From: Verrucomicrobiota bacterium | GTDB lineage: Bacteria > Verrucomicrobiota > Verrucomicrobiia > Limisphaerales > Palsa-1400 | Direction: 5' to 3' | Assembly (NCBI GenBank): GCA_049510745.1 | Contig: JBEKYR010000006.1 | Span: 1 to 64,000 of the forward strand | Length of the DNA: 64,000 bases | Shown here: piece by piece, positions 51,419 through 59,482 of the stretch | How the letters are laid out: every line of letters begins with the position of its first letter | How positions within the stretch are numbered: the stretch's first letter is position 1 | Notes under the pieces: generated by a model | The model's input: the letters and a program-made list of their open reading frames with translations, nothing else | Told to the model about the DNA's origin: nothing | Databases searched by the model: none | Position numbers and translations under genes: made by a program

Positions 51419-52186
51419 TTGCGGGATTTCCCGTCCGTGATTAGTCTTGGTTCCGTGGAAGCCAGGAACATCACATCTGCGGACATCTCGGCCAACCTGA
51501 ACACCGTGCGCCAGCGCCTCGCCGCCGCTTGCGCCCGCGCGGGGCGCCAGGCCGCGTCCGTCGCGCTGCTGACCGTTTCGAAGGGGCACCCGGCGGAAAC
51601 GGTTTGCGCGGCGGCGGCGGAGGGCCTGACGCTCTTTGGCGAGAACCGCGTGCAGGAAGCGCGCGCGAAAATCGGCCAGTGCCCCGGCCGCCTGCAATGG
51701 CATTTGATCGGCCATTTGCAGTCCAACAAGTGCCGCGACGCCGTCCATTTCTTCAGCATGATCCAGAGCGTCGATAGCCTGGCGCTGGCGCGCGAGATTA
51801 ACAAATGGGCCGAGAAATCCGCAAAGACGATGCCGGTGCTGATCGAGGTGAACGTCGCGGGCGAATCGAGCAAATTTGGCTACGCCCCGGAAAAGGTCCT
51901 GGTCGAATTAAAGGAACTCAACGCCCTGCCGAGAATAGAAGTGCATGGGCTGATGACCGTGGCCCCGTTCGCGCCAGACCCGGAGAAGGTCCGGCCCGTC
52001 TTCCGCCGCCTGCGCCAATTAAAAGGGCAGTGCGAGGACATCCTGGGCGTTCCGCTGGCCCAATTGAGCATGGGAATGAGCGGTGATTTTGAAGTGGCGG
52101 TGGAAGAAGGAGCGACTATCATACGGCTTGGCAGCGCTGTTTTAGGCCCGCGGGCCGCGCCAAAGGCGGCCGCCGGCGACGCATAA
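51419..52186 (+). CDS. yggS: PLP homeostasis protein YggS
   Basis: VSK, FGENRVQE, WHLIGHLQSNK, LSMGMSGDFEVAVEEGATIIRLG; true start may be further downstream. Confidence 0.93.
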   Translation: MRDFPSVISLGSVEARNITSADISANLNTVRQRLAAACARAGRQAASVALLTVSKGHPAETVCAAAAEGLTLFGENRVQEARAKIGQCPGRLQWHLIGHLQSNKCRDAVHFFSMIQSVDSLALAREINKWAEKSAKTMPVLIEVNVAGESSKFGYAPEKVLVELKELNALPRIEVHGLMTVAPFAPDPEKVRPVFRRLRQLKGQCEDILGVPLAQLSMGMSGDFEVAVEEGATIIRLGSAVLGPRAAPKAAAGDA

Positions 52187-52189
52187 ACT

Positions 52190-52486
52190 ATGGATTTGAC
52201 TGTCGAGACATTTCAGGCCGAGATCGCCGAAGCCCTGACGGCTTACGACAAGCATATTGTTTGCATCGACAAGATTCCCGAGGAGTGCAAGGACGCGCTG
52301 GAGTCGTTGATGGACAAGGCCATTCGCGCTTATGTCAGCCGCGGCCCGCATTTGCGCCACGGCATCGCTTTGGACAAACAAGTCACGATCATCCTGAGCC
52401 AGACGGAGAACGAGCGCCCGCTCTGCGGCATTTATTTCAATCTTCATTCCCCCTACAAAAAGAAAGCCCCAGTCAAAGCGAAATAG
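52190..52486 (+). CDS. Hypothetical protein, co-transcribed with yggS
   Basis: 98-aa ORF 3 nt after the yggS stop, with normal composition. Confidence 0.7.
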   Translation: MDLTVETFQAEIAEALTAYDKHIVCIDKIPEECKDALESLMDKAIRAYVSRGPHLRHGIALDKQVTIILSQTENERPLCGIYFNLHSPYKKKAPVKAK

Positions 52487-52591
52487 GAGGACTAAGCCGG
52501 CCGAGGCGGGTGGCGGTTGACTCCCAATCGTAACCTGATTTTAGCCTTGCCGTCATTGCCTTTGGGCCGGCTGGTTTGATAATCCCGGACC

Positions 52592-53068
52592 ATGAGAAAG
52601 CGAATCCTCGTGGTGGCCCATGAAGCCGACGTTGTGAAATCCGTTCCGGTCACTTTGCGGCTGGCCGGCCACCGCGTGATCCTGGCCGGCTGCGGTCTGG
52701 ATGCCATCAAGCGGGCGCGCAGTTTGCTGCCCGATTTGATTTTGGTGGATGCGGCTTTGCCGGACATGGATGGCTCGACCATCATCGAATTCCTCGGGCG
52801 CCTGCCATCGACCGCAACTTTACCGACCATGCTCTTCAAACCGCGCTTGGGCGCGGCGCAGAGCCAGCCGCAACCGGGTTGTTTGGGGGCCAGCCCGATG
52901 AATTCGAGCGAGCTGCTGCAACAGGTGGCGCTGGCGTTGGCACTGTGCCGCCCGCGAGCCGGCCAAGCCGAACCGGAGGCGGACTTTGCGGGTGGGGCGC
53001 GGTGTGAGGTTTCACCCTACACCCAAATCCAGACTCGCCTTGCAGACAACTCCGCGCCAACGAGTTAG
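52592..53068 (+). CDS. Atypical response regulator receiver protein
   Basis: RILVVAHE...PDLILVDAALPDMDG; the first acidic pair is degenerate. Confidence 0.7.
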   Translation: MRKRILVVAHEADVVKSVPVTLRLAGHRVILAGCGLDAIKRARSLLPDLILVDAALPDMDGSTIIEFLGRLPSTATLPTMLFKPRLGAAQSQPQPGCLGASPMNSSELLQQVALALALCRPRAGQAEPEADFAGGARCEVSPYTQIQTRLADNSAPTS

Positions 53069-53154
53069 AATCGCGCGGAAGTTAGAACTATTTGTCCGGA
53101 CAGGCGCAGCGGATTGAGATGCGCGTTGACGCCGCATGAGAGGCTTGTCCTCCT

Positions 53155-53361
53155 ATGAAATTGCCCATGGTGTTCAACTCAGTTCCGGCGCTGTGCGCGA
53201 TGTTCTTTTATCTTGTCGTGTACTCCGTCTGTATCGTCCTGATGTTTCGGACGGACAAGAACGGGCGGCGGCGGCGATGGCACGCCTTGGATTACATTTG
53301 GATTCCGTTGGGCGGAGTGACGGGTGTGTGCCTGGTGGCGCTTTGGTGGAAGATGCATTAG
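53155..53361 (+). CDS. Small two-TM membrane protein
   Basis: Two hydrophobic helices separated by a basic loop. Confidence 0.5.
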   Translation: MKLPMVFNSVPALCAMFFYLVVYSVCIVLMFRTDKNGRRRRWHALDYIWIPLGGVTGVCLVALWWKMH

Positions 53362-53445
53362 TCGCTCGTTGGCCGGGGGCGGGTTGACCGGGCATGCGCT
53401 TCGCGTTTGAGTTTCTTGGAGCACCCTTGTAGCCTCACCGCCGCC

Positions 53446-54312
53446 ATGAGAATCGGAATCAATACCTTTCTGTTCACTTCGCCCTTTACCAACAAGAGCA
53501 CCGCGCTCTTTGCCCAATTAAAAAAATGGGGGTTCGACACCGTCGAGATCGCCATCGAAGACCCCGCCCATATCGATCCCAAACGGGTCAAGGACGAGTT
53601 GGACAAGGCGGGGTTGCCGTGCGGCTCGGCTTGCGCCTGCTTCGGTCCGGAGCGGGACCTTCGCGGCACCACCCGCCAGCAACAGACCTCGCTCAAATAC
53701 ATGCGCGCGCTCCTCGATCAGATGGTGGCGCTCGATTGCCCCTCGTTGATCGGGCCGGTCTATTCGTCGGTCGGACGCGCCGACGCCGTCCCGCCGCGCG
53801 AGCGCCGCCAGCAATGGCGCACCGTCGTGCGGAATTTGAAGACTCTCTGCCAGGAGGCCGCCGACAAGGGGAAGAAAGTTTGCCTGGAACCTCTCAACCG
53901 CTTTGAGACCGACTTCATCAACACTTGCGACCAGGCGTTGCAAATGGTGGCGGATGTCAACAGCCCGGCGTTGCTGGTTCACTTGGATACCTTCCACATG
54001 AACATCGAGGAGAAGCACCAGGCGGCGGCCATTCGCAAGGCGGGCCGGCGCCTCGGCCATATCCATGCCTGCGGCTGCGACCGCGGCACGCCTGGCGGCG
54101 ACCACATTGATTGGGCGGGCATTGCCGCCGCCTTCCGGGATGTCGGGTATGACCAGGACGTCGTCATCGAAGCCTTTACCACGGATATCAAAGTGCTCGC
54201 GCGGGCCTCGGCCATCTGGCGGCGCATTGAGCCGGCGCGCGACGGCATCGCGGTCAATGGCTTGCGCTTTCTGCGCGGCGCCTTGGGCACACCTTCCATT
54301 CCAAAAATATGA
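53446..54312 (+). CDS. Sugar phosphate isomerase/epimerase (D-psicose/tagatose 3-epimerase-like)
   Basis: LEPLNRFET, HLDTFHMNIEE, DRGTPG, VIEAF. Confidence 0.88.
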   Translation: MRIGINTFLFTSPFTNKSTALFAQLKKWGFDTVEIAIEDPAHIDPKRVKDELDKAGLPCGSACACFGPERDLRGTTRQQQTSLKYMRALLDQMVALDCPSLIGPVYSSVGRADAVPPRERRQQWRTVVRNLKTLCQEAADKGKKVCLEPLNRFETDFINTCDQALQMVADVNSPALLVHLDTFHMNIEEKHQAAAIRKAGRRLGHIHACGCDRGTPGGDHIDWAGIAAAFRDVGYDQDVVIEAFTTDIKVLARASAIWRRIEPARDGIAVNGLRFLRGALGTPSIPKI

Positions 54313-55187
54313 AAAAGATTGCCGCCACCCTCCTCTGCGGCTGCCTTGCATTGGCCGCTAATGCCGCCGGAAAAAAAATCCTGTTCATTGCCGGCACGCC
54401 CAGTCACGGGCCGGGCGAACACGAGTACCGCGCCGGCTGTTTGCTCCTGCAAAAGTGCCTGCGCGGCGTGCCCGGTGTTCAGACGGTCGTCTCTTCAAAC
54501 GGCTGGCCCAAAGACGCCGCCGCTTTTGACGGGGCCGACGCCATTGTCCTGTCCATGGATGGCGGCGCGCAACACGCCCTGCTGGCTGGCGACCACTTGC
54601 AACAGATCGGCGCGCTCATGAAAAAAGGCGTGGGCTTGGGCGCCATTCATTGGACGGTCGAGGTGACCAAAGACAAGGGCGAGAAGGAGTTTCTTGACTG
54701 GCTGGGCGGTGCCTATGAAATCAATTGGTCGGTCAATCCGATCTGGACGGCTAATTTTGCCGCGCTGCCGGACCATCCCATCACGCGCGGCGTCAAGCCG
54801 TTTGAACTCCGCGACGAGTGGTATTTTCACCTGCGCTTCCCGGAGGGCATGAAGGGCCTCACGCCAATTCTGACGGCGGTTCCACCCGCCAGCACGATGG
54901 ACCGGCCGGACGGCCCGCATTCGGGAAATCCGGCCGTGCGGGAGGCGGTCAAGAACGGTGAACCGCAGATTCTGGCCTGGGCCTTTGAGCGGCCCGATGG
55001 CGGGCGCGGCTTTGCCGTCACCGGCGCGCATTATCACAAGAACTGGGGCGACGCCAATTTCCGCAAGACGGTCTTGAACGGCCTCCTGTGGATTGCCAAA
55101 GCCGACGTGCCGCCGAACGGCGTGGCCAGCACCGTTACGGAGGATGACTTGAAAGCGAACCTGGACCCCAAGGGCGCGAAAAAATGA
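54309..55187 (+). CDS. Exported ThuA-like domain protein
   Basis: Signal peptide; SHGPGEHEY, HPITRGVKPF...DEWYF, GRGFAVTGAH. Confidence 0.85.
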   Translation: MKKIAATLLCGCLALAANAAGKKILFIAGTPSHGPGEHEYRAGCLLLQKCLRGVPGVQTVVSSNGWPKDAAAFDGADAIVLSMDGGAQHALLAGDHLQQIGALMKKGVGLGAIHWTVEVTKDKGEKEFLDWLGGAYEINWSVNPIWTANFAALPDHPITRGVKPFELRDEWYFHLRFPEGMKGLTPILTAVPPASTMDRPDGPHSGNPAVREAVKNGEPQILAWAFERPDGGRGFAVTGAHYHKNWGDANFRKTVLNGLLWIAKADVPPNGVASTVTEDDLKANLDPKGAKK

Positions 55188-55217
55188 GATGAGGGAGTGC
55201 GTTTCTTTCTTGGGTCT

Positions 55218-55316
55218 CCCCTCCTTTTAGTCGTAATCGTAATCCTCTTAATCATAATCCTGCTCCATTTTTCGGATGGCCAGACCGGGATGACGATTAC
55301 GATTACGAAGGAGGGG
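55218..55316. repeat. REP-like intergenic inverted repeat built of TCGTAA hexamers
   Basis: CCCCTCCTT..TCGTAATCGTAATC ... GATTACGATTACGAAGGAGGGG. Confidence 0.7.
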
Positions 55317-55393
55317 CTGCCCAACAGTGAATTGCGCCCTTGCCCGCATGAACATGTCATTTCCCCGGCACGGGGATTTTGTATAGTGGAATA

Positions 55394-58300
55394 ATGCCGC
55401 GTCGCGTCCAGCAAGGTGTGATTTTTCTGCTCGCGTTTCTGGTCCTCCAGGGCGCCCGGGGCGAGGCCATGCTGCAGTTGTTTAACGTGAGCTGGAGCGA
55501 ATTGGCCCAAAAAATGCCTGAGATCGCCGAGGCAGGTTACGACAGCCTGTGGCTGCCGCCTCCCGCCAAGGCCAGCAGCAGCTTTTCCGCCGGCTACGAC
55601 CAGTTTGATCCCTTCGACCTCGGCGACCAGAACCAGAGCGGCACGGTCGCCACCCGCTACGGCACCAAGGCGCAATTGTTGCAAGCCGTGCAAATGGCCC
55701 ACCGCTTCGGCCTCCGCGTTTATTTCGACAACATTGTCAATCATCGGGGCTATGTCGTCCCCGGCTACAACAGTTCGACCCCAACCAATTTTTATCCGGG
55801 GCTGTTGCCCCAGGATTTTCATTTGCTGACCGTGGCGGGCGGCTTTTACAAGAATGTCCCGTCGATCTCCGACTATAACACGATCTGGAACGTGCAAAAC
55901 GAGTCGTTGCTCGGACTGATTGATCTGGCCCAGGAACCTGGCGGGACCAATCTCAACTTCGGAGCGGCGGAGGGCGATACCATCCCGAAAATCTTTTTTG
56001 TCCGGCAGCCCACGCATCCCGATTATTACATGGACACCAACCTGCCCTCCATCGGCGGCCCGTGGCACCCGTTCAACGGCGCCAACGGCGAACCGTCCTC
56101 CGAGAACGTCGGCGGCTATCTGTGCCGGGCCGTGGTCTGGATGCTCAACCAAACCAAGTGCGACGGCTTCCGGCTGGACGCGGTCAAGCACGTGCCCTCC
56201 GGTTTTTTTGGCGACACGACGGATTCCCCCAACGGGTATTGCGGCGCGATTCAGACCATGTTCGATTACGTCCACGGCTACGGGAGCAACGTGACGGGCA
56301 ACGGCTATATGGAGGCGGATGACAACCGGAACAGTGTATTTGACACTGAAGCGCCGCGCAATGACGCCATGATTTTTGGCGAGCACCTGGGCGAGCCGCC
56401 CAGCTTCAGCGAATACATCACGCGCGGCATGCGGCTCTTGAACGCGCCGGGCCAGAACACGCTCAACAGCACGCTGGGCATTCCGGGGGCGACGATGAGC
56501 GGGATGGATTCCCCCAACTGGGGGCCGGCGCCGCAGGACGGGGATTCGATCATCGGCTTCCAGGGCGTGCAATTCTCCCAAAGCGCCGACAACACCTATT
56601 GCGGCATATCCTACGCGGTGCGCGCCCTTCAGAACGCCTACAATTTCATGCGCGCCGGCCTGCCGGAGATTTACAGCGACGGCTACAACGAGACGCAGGG
56701 CGCGTCGCCGTTTCCGGGCGTGCCGCAGGCCAATTACCTTGGGGAATTCGGCGACAACACCATGCCGGACATCGCCTATCTGCAACATCAACTGGCGCGC
56801 GGCTTGCAGACCCCGCGTTGGAGCGATGGCAACGTCGTCTGCTTCGAGCGTTACGACAACCGCGAGGGCAGCCCGGGCGACCCGGCGGACCAGGTGACTG
56901 TGCTCTTCGCCATGAACGATTACATGGTGGCGGGGCAGGGCGACGCCTCCTTCGACGACGGCGTTGCGCAACTGACCGACGGCACCTATTACGAATGCTT
57001 TCCGGTGGTTAATTCGCGCGGCGTCGGGCTGGTGGTCGGTTTTCCGCCCGGATCGGTGCTGTCCCAATTGGCCACCGGCCCGCTCGGCAGCACCAACCAG
57101 GCGTGGGCGTTCGACAACAGCGGGGCGTGCTCGAAATTGCTTGTGCGCGCGGCCACCGCCAGCCTGGCCGAAGCCCAGGCGACCGCCAACGATCCCAACC
57201 CGGCCAACCGCGCCGTCTATGTCGGCGGCCAGACGCTGGCGCCGGGCGGCGGCGCGATCGAATTCAAAATTCCGGCCGGCAGCTATGTCTGCTACGGCTA
57301 CCAGTGGCCGGAGCCAAGCCGCTCGGCCTTGAGCGACGCGATTATTTTCCGCCAGGGCGGCGCGGCGGTTCCAAGCCTGGCCCTTTACCGGCACGACGGC
57401 ACCAACGGAGACCCCAATTTCAATCCCCTTTATCCCTTCAAAATGCGCGGCCGCATCGACCCGAACGGCACTGTCATCGGCGGTCGCAACGTCAGCAACC
57501 GGACTTACGCCATCGACGTTCCCATTCTCACCAACGCGCCCTTCGACATCCTCGTCCGCAATGACGCCTCCTCTGTCAATACTCTGGTCAAGCTGGACGG
57601 CGGCATCGATCTCAACAGCCAGATGGGCCTGGGCGTGACCAATACCTACACGGCGCGGGTCCTGGACTTGCGCGACAACAAACCCGGCTACGCCGATGAT
57701 GTCTTTCTCGGTTACGAACAGACCGCCCTTGATTTTCGCTATGGCCCGGAAAAATTCGCCGCCGAAAACATCGCGCGCGACAATGTCACCGCCCTCGGCG
57801 CGGAAACATACTCCTACACGGTGGGTGGTTCCAACGGTGTCGCCTTTGGCGAAGGCAACGGCCTGGGCATCACCAACAGCACGGTGCAGTGGGTTTATCA
57901 CAATCCGTCGGACATCGTGAACATCGCCGGCAGCGCGCCGCCCAGCCAGTTGAATCCCCTCGGCCCGGCCGCCGGCCAGCCGGCGGATGTCTGGGTCAAG
58001 ATCGGCTACCAATCGCAAATCAACCAATGCACCGTCTATTACACCACCGACGGCAGCAATCCCCAAGGCTCCTACGGCGCGGGCGCGGGAACGACCCAAA
58101 CGGTGGCGGGAGCCTGGGTGGCTCACGATCAAACCGACTCAACAATCGACTGGTGGAAAGCGACCATTCCGGCCGGCGCGAACACCGGCGGCGCGACCGT
58201 CCGCTATGCCGTGGCCGTCTTCAACAATAGCATCCAACCCATTTCCGACGCGACCACGGACAAGCTCTACGGGCTTAATGAAGCGTCAATTACAAACTTC

Positions 58301-59482
58301 AATCCCACCACGGCGCTGGTCTGGACGGCCAACGATTTGAACACCAACAGTCTGACAGTCGGTTTGCAGGCCGGCCTGCATATTGTCCGCGCGCGCTCCT
58401 TTTTGCCGCGCACCGGCAAGTCCAGTGTCTATAACACGTTCCTGGAAACCTTCTACTACGACGCCGCCACGCCGTCCGGCCTGATCGTTTCGCCCGCGCC
58501 CGGCGCGAAAATCACCAACTCGACCTACACCATCATCGTCCGCGCCGACAGCACCGCGACAGGCGCGGCGGTCAACATCGCGGACAGCAACCCGGGAAAT
58601 GACGACGTGGTCACGGGCTACAATTACGGGAACGGCTCGCGCAATGGCGCTCCCGTGTTCGTCAGCGCCCCGGCTGTCGCCGTGACGACGCCGGCCCTGG
58701 ATGCGTTGTATCCGAGTTTGCCGCAAGAATACCATTTCACCTACGCCGGCGTGCCGACCAACGGGAGCGCGACGGTCACGGTGCTGTTGAGCGAAATCAC
58801 GACCCAGGTTTTGAGCAATCGCGTGACCACCCTGACCAACGCCTGCGCCACCGTTGCGCCCGGCGCCACGCTGCAAATCAGCAGTCCGCCCGTGGACGGC
58901 CTGGCGCTGCTCCTGGGATCGAACTCGGTTTATACGGTGCAGGCCTGTTTCACTCCCAGCCTGGACACGAACGACATCGAGAAGTTTACGGTGACGGTCA
59001 ACGGCGCGCCCCAGCCGCGCTCCGGCGCGAACTACGAGCCGCTCTACTATATTGGCGGCACGGCCTGTGAACCGGCGCTGCGGACGTTCAACTACACGTG
59101 GGTCGCGCCCCCTCCCGGCAGAAATGTCATCAATGTCACCTTCGACGGCGGAGAAGTGTTGAGCGCGCAACGAACCGTGCTGGTCTTCGATCCGCGGAGC
59201 AGTTCTCCGACTTACGGGCTGCCGGGTTATGATTCCTTCGTCGCTGGCGCCAATCCCACCAATCCCGCCACCTGGCTGCAAATCACCGGCATCGCCGGCG
59301 GACTCATCACCTGGAACAGCGTTCCCGGCAAGACCTACCAAGTGCTGGCCAGCGGCAATTTGAATGCCGGTTTCCAACCGGTCAGCCCGGTTCTCAGCGC
59401 CACGGGCACAAACAGTTTCTTCTACGATAGCAACTACACCAACGGGCCGGATAAGTTTTATCTGATCCAGGTCTTTCCATGA
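55394..59482 (+). CDS. Large secreted GH13 alpha-amylase-family protein with the shared C-terminal domain
   Basis: GYDSLWLPPP, TRYGT, VYFDNIVNH, DGFRLDAVKH, IFGEH; ends FYLIQVFP. Confidence 0.85.
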   Translation: MPRRVQQGVIFLLAFLVLQGARGEAMLQLFNVSWSELAQKMPEIAEAGYDSLWLPPPAKASSSFSAGYDQFDPFDLGDQNQSGTVATRYGTKAQLLQAVQMAHRFGLRVYFDNIVNHRGYVVPGYNSSTPTNFYPGLLPQDFHLLTVAGGFYKNVPSISDYNTIWNVQNESLLGLIDLAQEPGGTNLNFGAAEGDTIPKIFFVRQPTHPDYYMDTNLPSIGGPWHPFNGANGEPSSENVGGYLCRAVVWMLNQTKCDGFRLDAVKHVPSGFFGDTTDSPNGYCGAIQTMFDYVHGYGSNVTGNGYMEADDNRNSVFDTEAPRNDAMIFGEHLGEPPSFSEYITRGMRLLNAPGQNTLNSTLGIPGATMSGMDSPNWGPAPQDGDSIIGFQGVQFSQSADNTYCGISYAVRALQNAYNFMRAGLPEIYSDGYNETQGASPFPGVPQANYLGEFGDNTMPDIAYLQHQLARGLQTPRWSDGNVVCFERYDNREGSPGDPADQVTVLFAMNDYMVAGQGDASFDDGVAQLTDGTYYECFPVVNSRGVGLVVGFPPGSVLSQLATGPLGSTNQAWAFDNSGACSKLLVRAATASLAEAQATANDPNPANRAVYVGGQTLAPGGGAIEFKIPAGSYVCYGYQWPEPSRSALSDAIIFRQGGAAVPSLALYRHDGTNGDPNFNPLYPFKMRGRIDPNGTVIGGRNVSNRTYAIDVPILTNAPFDILVRNDASSVNTLVKLDGGIDLNSQMGLGVTNTYTARVLDLRDNKPGYADDVFLGYEQTALDFRYGPEKFAAENIARDNVTALGAETYSYTVGGSNGVAFGEGNGLGITNSTVQWVYHNPSDIVNIAGSAPPSQLNPLGPAAGQPADVWVKIGYQSQINQCTVYYTTDGSNPQGSYGAGAGTTQTVAGAWVAHDQTDSTIDWWKATIPAGANTGGATVRYAVAVFNNSIQPISDATTDKLYGLNEASITNFNPTTALVWTANDLNTNSLTVGLQAGLHIVRARSFLPRTGKSSVYNTFLETFYYDAATPSGLIVSPAPGAKITNSTYTIIVRADSTATGAAVNIADSNPGNDDVVTGYNYGNGSRNGAPVFVSAPAVAVTTPALDALYPSLPQEYHFTYAGVPTNGSATVTVLLSEITTQVLSNRVTTLTNACATVAPGATLQISSPPVDGLALLLGSNSVYTVQACFTPSLDTNDIEKFTVTVNGAPQPRSGANYEPLYYIGGTACEPALRTFNYTWVAPPPGRNVINVTFDGGEVLSAQRTVLVFDPRSSSPTYGLPGYDSFVAGANPTNPATWLQITGIAGGLITWNSVPGKTYQVLASGNLNAGFQPVSPVLSATGTNSFFYDSNYTNGPDKFYLIQVFP

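Noticed and set aside
55034..58132. 1032-aa minus-strand ORF
   Set aside because: Antisense shadow of the GH13 gene
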